The notes beneath the pieces are model-generated. The model was not told the origin of the DNA and did not search any database. It was given only the letters and a program-made list of their open reading frames with translations. From sequence record SRR2962707_3000: a stretch of 32,343 nucleotides of DNA; one strand, given 5' to 3'. Position 1 is the stretch's first letter. Every line of letters begins with the position of its first letter. The position numbers and the translations under genes were made by a program. Below, piece after piece: positions 9,544 to 17,889 of this stretch.

Positions 9544-9793
9544 CTTTTATATCATTTATTGGATTCAACAAGAAAAGGAAAGAACGATCGCCTTTCCTGA
9601 AATGAAAAATTTCGGTTGTTAGGTTGTCGATTGTTGACATTATTAACAATATAAAACCATCCCGCTCGGAAGGTTCAAACTATTTTCGATTCATTAATAT
9701 AATCATATAAAATATTTATTTATTCATATAATTACATCCGAAACTTAAGTTGGGAAAGAAGCAAATTATTGCCAGATCGTATACTCAAGTGAT

Positions 9794-9801
9794 TAATTTT
9801 G
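9794..9801 (+). promoter_or_regulatory. Bacteroidota sigma-A -7 element for hutH-hutU
   Basis: TAATTTTG matches TAnnTTTG, 21 nt before the hutH ATG. Confidence 0.55.
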
Positions 9802-9822
9802 TTGCCACAACAACTTTTATCT

Positions 9823-11403
9823 ATGACAAGTCAAACTTCAGTTTTTCACTACGGAGAAGATCACCTGACCGTAGGTATCGCACTTTCAATAGCAAGAGGT
9901 AACACGAAGGGTATCCTGACTGAAAAGACCAGAAAAGAAATCAACAGAAGTGCGAATGAGGTAAAAACGATCGCCGAGGGTGACAAGGCTGTTTATGGAA
10001 TAAATACCGGATTTGGGCCTCTTTGTACTACCCAAATATCAAAGAAAGAAACCAGCACACTGCAGAAGAACCTGCTAATGAGCCATGCGGTGGGATTAGG
10101 TAATCCTATCTCTGAGGAGCTTGCCAAGCTGATGATGATTCTGAAGGTTCACGCTTTGGCAAAAGGATTTTCGGGTGTAAAGGAAGAAACGATTGATCGG
10201 ATCATCCACCATATAGATAATGACATTATTCCACTCGTCCCCGAGCAAGGATCAGTTGGGGCTTCAGGAGACTTGGCACCTCTGGCTCACTTATTTCTGC
10301 CACTTATTGGATTGGGTAAAGTAAAGGTGAATGGTGAGTTTATACCCACAGAAAAATGGCTTCAACAGGAAGGCCTATCCCCTATTCAACTTGGGGCTAA
10401 AGAAGGCTTGGGTCTCATCAATGGGACTCAGTTCATAGCTGCTCATGCTGTTTCTGTGGTAGAAAGATTACAAAATGTGTTAACTCATGCAGACATTTCT
10501 GGCGCCATGATGGTTGAGGGACTTTTAGCCTCTGTCAAGCCTTTTTCGCCTGAGCTCCATGATGTAAGGCCATATAAGGGCAGTAAACATGTGGCGGCAT
10601 TTATCAGCAACTTACTTGACGGTTCCGAGGTAGTGCACTCACATGCCAATTGTGCACGGGTTCAGGATCCCTATTCGCTTCGTTGCATGCCTCAGGTACA
10701 CGGTGCATCTCGCAACGCCTGGCTCCACGTAAAGGAAATGCTGGAAGTAGAAATAAACTCCGTTACTGATAACCCGATCGTATTTAGCAAAGACCATACA
10801 ATCAGTGGGGGCAACTTTCATGGCCAGCCCATGGCCCTCCCGATTGATTATGCGTGCCTCGCAGCTGCAGAGGTGGGTAATATATCTGATAGAAGAATTT
10901 ATCTATCACTGGAAGGCGATACGCCGGGTGTACCTAAACTCTTATTGAAAGAAACAGGCACCAACTCCGGTTTTATGATCCCTCAATACACGACTGCCGC
11001 ATTGGTAAGTGAAAACAAAGGGCTTTGCTTCCCTGCCAGTGCCGATAGTATCCCAACATCACTGGGACAGGAAGATCACGTCAGTATGGGGTCAATCGGT
11101 GGACGAAAAGCACTCAGAGTGGTGGAAAATGTCGAAAAGATTATTGGAGTAGAGATTTTCTGTGCAGCTCAGGCACTTGATTTTCATCGGCCATTGAAGT
11201 CAAGCAAAATCATGAGCGCAATACATGATCATGTGAGAAGCAAAATCGATCATATCACCAAAGATGGGGTAATGAATGAGGTAATGGAAACTGCAATAGA
11301 AATGGTTCGAAATAAAGAACTAATCCAGGTAGCCAGACAAACAGCAGAGAAGGAGGGCATTTCCTTAGATACAGAGTTTAGTAATGAATTTGATAAATTT
11401 TAA
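9823..11403 (+). CDS. hutH: Histidine ammonia-lyase
   Basis: VYGINTGFG, LMSHAVG (Ser-His specificity pair), GASGDLAPL (MIO), QDPYSLRC, GGNFHG, QEDHVSMG; ATG at 9823. Confidence 0.95.
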   Translation: MTSQTSVFHYGEDHLTVGIALSIARGNTKGILTEKTRKEINRSANEVKTIAEGDKAVYGINTGFGPLCTTQISKKETSTLQKNLLMSHAVGLGNPISEELAKLMMILKVHALAKGFSGVKEETIDRIIHHIDNDIIPLVPEQGSVGASGDLAPLAHLFLPLIGLGKVKVNGEFIPTEKWLQQEGLSPIQLGAKEGLGLINGTQFIAAHAVSVVERLQNVLTHADISGAMMVEGLLASVKPFSPELHDVRPYKGSKHVAAFISNLLDGSEVVHSHANCARVQDPYSLRCMPQVHGASRNAWLHVKEMLEVEINSVTDNPIVFSKDHTISGGNFHGQPMALPIDYACLAAAEVGNISDRRIYLSLEGDTPGVPKLLLKETGTNSGFMIPQYTTAALVSENKGLCFPASADSIPTSLGQEDHVSMGSIGGRKALRVVENVEKIIGVEIFCAAQALDFHRPLKSSKIMSAIHDHVRSKIDHITKDGVMNEVMETAIEMVRNKELIQVARQTAEKEGISLDTEFSNEFDKF

Positions 11404-11480
11404 TAACCGCTGAGATAACAGAGAAAAGCTCTGAGAACACTGTGGTATCTCAGCTCTCTTCGCGATTAAAAGGTTAAAAA

Positions 11481-13478
11481 ATGACATTTAAAGAACAAAT
11501 ACTTCAAGGAATACCAGATCGCCTACCAGCCAAAAAGCCTTTGAAAGTAGGAGTAAACAGGGCTCCTAAACGAAAGGACATTCTATCTGTTGATGAAAAA
11601 AAACTAGCCGTTCGCAATGCGCTTAGATACTTCCCTAATGAGTGGCACAAAGAATTAGCACCTGAATTTGCCCAGGAGCTCAATGACTTTGGACGAATCT
11701 ACATGTACCGATTTATGCCGGAATATGATATGTATGCCCGAGCGATTGAAGAATATCCTGCAAAATCCAATCAGGCAGCAGCTATCATGCTGATGATCCA
11801 AAACAACCTGGATCCTGCGGTTGCACAGCATCCCGAAGAGCTGATTACCTATGGAGGAAATGGCGCGGTATTCCAAAACTGGGCACAATACCTGCTGACC
11901 ATGCAGTACCTGGCGACTATGAGTGATGAACAGACTTTGCACATGTATTCCGGGCACCCAATGGGACTTTTTCCTTCTCATAAAGATGCTCCGCGTGTAG
12001 TCGTCACCAATGGCATGATGATTCCGAACTATTCTCAACCAGATGATTGGGAACGATTCAATGCCCTGGGAGTTACGCAATACGGTCAAATGACTGCAGG
12101 TTCATACATGTATATCGGTCCTCAGGGAATCGTCCATGGAACTACCATTACGGTCATGAATGCCTTCCGAAAAAAGTTAGGATCAGGTGTTTCTTCTGCA
12201 GGTAAGATCTTTTTGACTGCTGGTCTCGGAGGGATGAGTGGCGCACAGCCTAAGGCAGGAAATATTGCCGGATGTATCACCGTATGTGCGGAAGTAAATC
12301 CCAATGCTGCCCATAAACGACATGATCAGGGATGGGTGGATGAGATCATTGAAGACCTGGATGCGCTTGTTACGAGAGTTAAAAAAGCTAAAGAAAATGA
12401 GGAGGTGGTTTCCATTGCTTTTGTTGGAAATGTGGTGGATGTCTGGGAACGATTCTTTGATGAAAACATCACGATTGAACTTGGCTCTGACCAAACATCA
12501 CTCCATAATCCTTGGTCTGGTGGCTATTACCCTGCGGGTTTAAGTTTTGAAGAATCGAATGACCTGATCCGTAACAACCCCAAAAAATTCAAGGAAAAAG
12601 TGCAAGAATCACTCAGGAGACATGCTAATGCAGTGAATAAACATGCAGCGCGAGGTACCTACTTCTTTGACTATGGAAATGCGTTCTTGCTTGAGTCATC
12701 ACGCGCTGGCGCAGAGGTGATGGCTGATAATGGAATTGACTTTAAGTATCCATCTTATGTGCAGGACATACTGGGACCGATGTGCTTCGACTATGGATTT
12801 GGACCTTTCCGATGGGTGTGTACTTCCGGAAAAGCAGAGGACCTGAGAAAGTCTGATCAGATCGCATTGGAAGTGATGAAGGAAATCAAAGCCTCTTCAC
12901 CTCAGGAAATCCAGCAGCAAATGCAAGACAACATCCGATGGATTGAGGAAGCTGAAAGCAACAAATTGGTCGTGGGCTCTCAGGCCCGAATTCTTTATGC
13001 AGATGCAGAAGGGCGCTCTAAGATTGCCGAGGCATTTAACCAGGCTATCAAAAAGGGTGAAATCACTGCTCCTATTGTTTTGGGAAGAGATCATCATGAT
13101 GTGAGTGGAACAGACTCACCGTATCGGGAAACCAGCAATATCTATGATGGAAGTAAATACACCGCTGACATGGCTATCCAAAATGTGATTGGCGACAGCT
13201 TTAGGGGAGCCACGTGGGTTTCCATTCACAACGGAGGTGGTGTTGGCTGGGGCGAAGTGATTAATGGTGGGTTTGGAATGCTACTGGATGGAAGCGACGA
13301 TGCTGACCGGAGACTTAAATCGATGCTTTTTTATGACGTAAATAATGGAATTGCCAGACGAAGCTGGGCACGTAATGATGAGGCTTTGTTTGCAATCAAA
13401 AGAGAGATGGAACGAACGCCGGAATTGAAGGTAACACTGCCCAATCTGGTAGATGATGACTTGTTAGACGAAATCTAG
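11481..13478 (+). CDS. hutU: Urocanate hydratase (long ~665-aa form)
   Basis: YGQMTAGSYMYIGPQGIVHGT, GLGGMSGAQP, SDQTSLH, GRDHHD, HNGGGVGWG motifs. Confidence 0.96.
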   Translation: MTFKEQILQGIPDRLPAKKPLKVGVNRAPKRKDILSVDEKKLAVRNALRYFPNEWHKELAPEFAQELNDFGRIYMYRFMPEYDMYARAIEEYPAKSNQAAAIMLMIQNNLDPAVAQHPEELITYGGNGAVFQNWAQYLLTMQYLATMSDEQTLHMYSGHPMGLFPSHKDAPRVVVTNGMMIPNYSQPDDWERFNALGVTQYGQMTAGSYMYIGPQGIVHGTTITVMNAFRKKLGSGVSSAGKIFLTAGLGGMSGAQPKAGNIAGCITVCAEVNPNAAHKRHDQGWVDEIIEDLDALVTRVKKAKENEEVVSIAFVGNVVDVWERFFDENITIELGSDQTSLHNPWSGGYYPAGLSFEESNDLIRNNPKKFKEKVQESLRRHANAVNKHAARGTYFFDYGNAFLLESSRAGAEVMADNGIDFKYPSYVQDILGPMCFDYGFGPFRWVCTSGKAEDLRKSDQIALEVMKEIKASSPQEIQQQMQDNIRWIEEAESNKLVVGSQARILYADAEGRSKIAEAFNQAIKKGEITAPIVLGRDHHDVSGTDSPYRETSNIYDGSKYTADMAIQNVIGDSFRGATWVSIHNGGGVGWGEVINGGFGMLLDGSDDADRRLKSMLFYDVNNGIARRSWARNDEALFAIKREMERTPELKVTLPNLVDDDLLDEI

Positions 13479-13481
13479 CTA

Positions 13482-14060
13482 TTACAAAACAGCATGAGGC
13501 TCTGATTCCCAATTGCCAAATATCCAATTACCCGGAAGTGTGGGGTCATTTGAAGCAAAGAATTCTTCTACCGCATTCATTAAATCATACCGTGATAGTT
13601 TGTAGTTCTGGGTTTTGTCCATCAGGCTAAATGCCTTATCGCAATAAGCCCGGTCGATTCCAAAAATGTCATAGAAGTCCTCGTATTCATTTTTTGAAAT
13701 GAAACCGTCCCTGTTCTGGTCGAAGAAATCAAACATGAAGTTGAATATCAGCTCTTTATAATCATCCAGTGTGTCTTCATCCCCTGAGAGAATAACTTCC
13801 TTCAAGAAGAAATCAACCCACTCCTGCTCAGTGACCTGATTAAACGTGAAAGGCTTAATGTCCTTAACTAATGAATTAAAAAGTTTAACAGCCTTATCAG
13901 TAATACGTTTGTGCCCTTTCCCTCCGACTTCATAATCCAAAGTTACGCGCACCTTTTCTACCATTTCGGTAAAGTCATCCATCTGAAGACACCCATTACT
14001 GTTGAGGTCCAGGATTCTAAAAAAGTATCCAAGCTTTTTACGCTGAAAATCTGCTGACAT
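13482..14060 (-). CDS. EF-hand calcium-binding protein (calerythrin/SCP-like)
   Basis: EF loops DLNSNGCLQMDD and DQNRDGFISKNE, plus a PGNWIFG C-terminal motif. Confidence 0.8.
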   Translation of the reverse strand: MSADFQRKKLGYFFRILDLNSNGCLQMDDFTEMVEKVRVTLDYEVGGKGHKRITDKAVKLFNSLVKDIKPFTFNQVTEQEWVDFFLKEVILSGDEDTLDDYKELIFNFMFDFFDQNRDGFISKNEYEDFYDIFGIDRAYCDKAFSLMDKTQNYKLSRYDLMNAVEEFFASNDPTLPGNWIFGNWESEPHAVL

Positions 14061-14078
14061 GTTTGATTAGGTTTGGCG

Positions 14079-14086
14079 CAAAAGTA
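14079..14086 (-). promoter_or_regulatory. Sigma-A -7 element for the EF-hand gene
   Basis: Reverse complement TACTTTTG, 18 nt upstream of the ATG. Confidence 0.6.
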
Positions 14087-14104
14087 GGAAGTCTTAAGCT
14101 ATTT

Positions 14105-15175
14105 TCAGACTACCCGCTTTTCGATGTAATCAGAATTGAAAATCCCGAGTGCGCCCATGTATTTAAGCTTAAATGAAACCAGATCTCCCACTTTGTAATT
14201 ACTGCTTGATTCTCCTAGATCCACAATTAACATATCGGAGCTTGCACCAGTAATTTCAATGGAGTCATCATCGGGAATAAGAAAATCCTCGGAAACATCT
14301 AAAAGACCTATGTCCAAAATGGCGCGATAGGATGTTTTGCCATAATCCTCTTCATTGATCTCAAATGTTTCACCGGAAGGATTAGCCTCCATGTAACCAC
14401 TCGGTATTTTCGGTTTTTCCGTGATCTCAATGATTTCGGAATGGAGCTTAAATACATCTCCCTCCATTCCCGGTACGACCTCCTGAGTAAATAAGTCCAA
14501 GCCAAAGAACAGCGTCTCACCAATCCTGAAATGATTGATTCCATCCGGTACTTGCTTTCTAAACAACAATGGAATCACAACAGATGTACCTCCCGTTACC
14601 CATGGTATCTTGCGATTAAACTTAGCCTCTATAAGTTGCTCATAAAGAGATAGTTGTACCAACTTATCCTCAGACGGCATAACCCCGTAAAGGCAGTTTA
14701 GATTTGAGCCAATACCTGTTACTTCAATGTTAGGTAGATTAAAAACCGACTCATAGAAATCCATCAGGTGATCTCCCATCACACCTTCTCTCAAGTCTCC
14801 AAGCTCAATCATGATAATGACCTTGTGCTTTTTGTTTTGCTTTACCGCTTCATCAGAAATCCACTTGATGGTTTTGTATTCGGTATTGAAACTGGCATCT
14901 GCATATTTAACCAGTCGGGGAATACTCCTTTTCGCAGGTGGTTTTATGTATACTGTCTGCACACTTGGATCAAGCTTTTTGATGACTTCCAAATTACTGA
15001 TCCTGGAGTCACAAATCTCTTTGGTCCCGAGATCTATCACCTCCTTCAGATACTTCTCATTGCCGCACAGCAACTTGGATACGACAGCCCATTCAATTTC
15101 ATTCTCTTTGAACAGCTTATCCAGAAATTGATAATTCTTCTTCAGTTTGTCTTTATATAATTCTATGAATGCCAT
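14105..15175 (-). CDS. Alanine/ornithine racemase-family PLP enzyme (Orr-like)
   Basis: VVSKLLCG PLP-Lys, ELGDLREGV, GIGSNLNCLYG, GGTS, RIGE and GASSDM match the clostridial ornithine racemase subfamily pattern. Confidence 0.8.
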   Translation of the reverse strand: MAFIELYKDKLKKNYQFLDKLFKENEIEWAVVSKLLCGNEKYLKEVIDLGTKEICDSRISNLEVIKKLDPSVQTVYIKPPAKRSIPRLVKYADASFNTEYKTIKWISDEAVKQNKKHKVIIMIELGDLREGVMGDHLMDFYESVFNLPNIEVTGIGSNLNCLYGVMPSEDKLVQLSLYEQLIEAKFNRKIPWVTGGTSVVIPLLFRKQVPDGINHFRIGETLFFGLDLFTQEVVPGMEGDVFKLHSEIIEITEKPKIPSGYMEANPSGETFEINEEDYGKTSYRAILDIGLLDVSEDFLIPDDDSIEITGASSDMLIVDLGESSSNYKVGDLVSFKLKYMGALGIFNSDYIEKRVV

Positions 15176-15177
15176 TC

Positions 15178-16329
15178 TTATTTTATTATGCGAGGAATTT
15201 TAGTTGGCAATCGAGTAAGCAGCTCGTAATTAAGCTGATCACTGAGTTCGCCAAACGAAGCAACACTGATTTCTACATCCCCGCTTTTTCCTATTAAAGT
15301 TACTTCATCTCCTTTTTTTACATTTTCAAGCTCTGAAACATCTATGGCGAGGTTGTTCATATTCACCATCCCGATCACAGAAACCCTGAAACCACCTATC
15401 AAAACACGACCTGTGTTACTAAGTGACCTGCTGAAGCCATGAGAATAGCCTATCGGCACAATAGCAATCTTCATGTCACGCTGAGCAAGGTAAGTGGTGC
15501 CATATCCTACAAATTCACCCATTTCAACATGCTTTACACTCATGATGGTGCTTTTCCATGCAATTAGTCTCCGAAGGGGTTCTGTTTTATCCTCTTTGCC
15601 CTTTAGATACTCTATAAAAATTTCCCGACTTGGCCAGAAGCCATACTGTAGAATGCCGATTCTAACCATATCCTCATGCATATCAGGAAGGCGAATAGAA
15701 GCAGCTGAGCAGCACGTATGTCTCATTTTTGGCTCAATACCATTATCAACTAACAACTGAGCCATTTGATTGAAATTCTTTTTCTGCTCCTCGACTCGCA
15801 AATAATTAGCTATACTCTCAGCGCCTGCATAATGTGTACAGAGTCCCTCAATAATTAAATGGTCCTGATACTTTTTAATGAAAGGAATGAGACGGGATAC
15901 TTCTTCATGATCAAACCCCGTTCTGTTCATGCCGGTTTCTAACTCAATGTGAATTTTAGCCTTCTTTTTTAACCTATCAGCCGTTTCAGCTGCTGCCTTA
16001 ATGCGATCGAATTCAAAAACAAAAAAGGAAATGTCATTTTCAATAGCCCACTCAAGGCTTTCATTGGAGATGTAACCCATAATCATGAGTTCAGTCCTTT
16101 CGCTTTTTATGGCCTGAAATACCTCCCTTGCCTCATCGGCACTGTAAACAGAGAAATGATCAACGCCCAATGACTCGGCCATTGGAACAAAAGCATCAAT
16201 TCCATGACCATATGCGTTTCCCTTGACTACTGAAGAAAAACGGGTTCCCTTTTTAATGAGACCCCTTAAGAAGCGAAGGTTATGTTCATAAGCCTCCCTG
16301 CTAAGCTCAATATATGATGGACTACTCAT
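15178..16329 (-). CDS. alr: Alanine racemase-family PLP enzyme
   Basis: VVKGNAYGHG, MVRIG, VGYG, GYSHG, QLNYELL; has VNMN in place of VCMD. Start set at ATG 16329 (8-nt overlap with the upstream gene). Confidence 0.85.
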   Translation of the reverse strand: MSSPSYIELSREAYEHNLRFLRGLIKKGTRFSSVVKGNAYGHGIDAFVPMAESLGVDHFSVYSADEAREVFQAIKSERTELMIMGYISNESLEWAIENDISFFVFEFDRIKAAAETADRLKKKAKIHIELETGMNRTGFDHEEVSRLIPFIKKYQDHLIIEGLCTHYAGAESIANYLRVEEQKKNFNQMAQLLVDNGIEPKMRHTCCSAASIRLPDMHEDMVRIGILQYGFWPSREIFIEYLKGKEDKTEPLRRLIAWKSTIMSVKHVEMGEFVGYGTTYLAQRDMKIAIVPIGYSHGFSRSLSNTGRVLIGGFRVSVIGMVNMNNLAIDVSELENVKKGDEVTLIGKSGDVEISVASFGELSDQLNYELLTRLPTKIPRIIK

Positions 16330-17458
16330 CAATTGCTTTTTCAACAATGGTGGTAAACATTTTTATCCCTGTAGTTATGATCTCGTCCGGAAAGTCATAA
16401 TCCGGACTGTGCAGTGCGGGACAATCCTGCCCCGAACCTATACCAAACATGGCACCAGAGAATTTTTGGGTGAAAAGACCAAAATCCTCACCCCACTTAA
16501 AAGGACGTTTTCGCACTTCTTTTTCATAGCCAAGTTCATCAATTACCTTTTCTATGAGTTGGACTGCTTTGGGGTCATTTCTGTTTGATGAAAATTCCTC
16601 GGTCCAGCTTATCTCACTCTGCAATTGATGCTTTTCAGTGATTTCCTCCACCCTTTTCAAAATTTGATCTGTCATAGGATTCATGGTCTCACGATTCCAT
16701 GTCCGTAAGGTATAATGAACTTCACCATGACCTGCTGATACTCCATAAGATAACTCCCCCATATTGATGTGAATCGGGGTGGCAAGAGCAAAATCGTCAC
16801 GATCAAGATCCGGCTGGCTCACTTCTCGAAACATTTGAATCAAGTCCGCTATCGCCGCTGCAGGATTAATACCTTGCTCCGGCTCTGCGGCGTGAGAAGT
16901 TTTACCGTAGAGCTTAATAATGATGCTTTTTGCTGCAGCCGTAAAATTGCCTTCTTTAATCACAATCTGATGAAGTGGATACCCCGGAAGGTTGTGAAAT
17001 GCATAAACCATATCTGGCTCATATTCAAACTGACTGTCTGCCAAGATAGCCTTTGCCCCTTCCCCGTTTTCTTCAGCAGGCTGAAAGACCAGAATTACTT
17101 TTCCTTTCTGGATTGGATTTTTCTGAAAATATTGAGCTACACCGCACATGATAGCTGTGTGGCCGTCATGTCCGCATTTATGTGAGACACCTTCATTAGT
17201 GGACTTGTGATCAAATTCATTGATTTCATTGATCGGTAACGCATCATGATCAGACCGAAGCATGATTGTTTTACCGGGTTTACCACTATCAAATGATACA
17301 AGAACTCCGGTTCCGCCAATTTCTACTCCTTCAATTTCTAACCCCTTCAAAAAGCTAATGATACGCTTTTGAGTTTCTTTCTCCTGTTGCGAGACTTCAG
17401 GGTATCTATGAAGCTCTTTCCTAAAAGCTATGAGATCGTTTACTGCGGTCTCTTCCAT
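16322..17458 (-). CDS. M20D-family amidohydrolase
   Basis: LHRYPEVS, RSDHDALP, HKCGHDGH, FQPAEE, GKTSHAA, GEDF, LHSPDYDF. Confidence 0.9.
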   Translation of the reverse strand: MEETAVNDLIAFRKELHRYPEVSQQEKETQKRIISFLKGLEIEGVEIGGTGVLVSFDSGKPGKTIMLRSDHDALPINEINEFDHKSTNEGVSHKCGHDGHTAIMCGVAQYFQKNPIQKGKVILVFQPAEENGEGAKAILADSQFEYEPDMVYAFHNLPGYPLHQIVIKEGNFTAAAKSIIIKLYGKTSHAAEPEQGINPAAAIADLIQMFREVSQPDLDRDDFALATPIHINMGELSYGVSAGHGEVHYTLRTWNRETMNPMTDQILKRVEEITEKHQLQSEISWTEEFSSNRNDPKAVQLIEKVIDELGYEKEVRKRPFKWGEDFGLFTQKFSGAMFGIGSGQDCPALHSPDYDFPDEIITTGIKMFTTIVEKAIDE

Positions 17459-17889
17459 CGCATTTCCAGGTATTTATTTGTAAATCCTAGTTTCTCGTAA
17501 AGATGTTTTGCTGGATTTTCAGGTTCTACATGTAGCGCGATATCCCCCTCTGTTTCTTTGAAAGCACGTTCAATAAGTTGACCTCCTATTCCCTTTCCAC
17601 GGTATTCAGAGTGAGTAGCGATGTAGACAAGGATGTTTTCCGGAATATAACCAGACATCCCTGTTTTGTTGATGATCGTGGCACCTACAATCGTATCACC
17701 ATCCCAGGCTGTAAGGATTAGTCCCCCGGGGTGCTTTCCTGCATTGAGTGCATATTCAATACAATTTCTAATGTGATCTTTCGGATCTCCAAACTCGTCT
17801 AAATAACGGTGAAGGAAGCTAACCACCTCCTCTTTTTCGTACAGGCCCACTGTCTGGGCCGGGAAGTATTTCTTGAAGGTTATATTCAT
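17440..17889 (-). CDS. GNAT-family N-acetyltransferase
   Basis: IATHSEYRGKGIG acetyl-CoA motif A and NPAKHLYEKLGF motif B. Confidence 0.9.
   Translation of the reverse strand: MNITFKKYFPAQTVGLYEKEEVVSFLHRYLDEFGDPKDHIRNCIEYALNAGKHPGGLILTAWDGDTIVGATIINKTGMSGYIPENILVYIATHSEYRGKGIGGQLIERAFKETEGDIALHVEPENPAKHLYEKLGFTNKYLEMRWKRPQ

Noticed and set aside
9823-11403. MIO aminomutase supplying a beta-amino acid to the ligase
   Set aside because: The Ser-His specificity pair and adjacency to hutU indicate an ordinary histidine ammonia-lyase.
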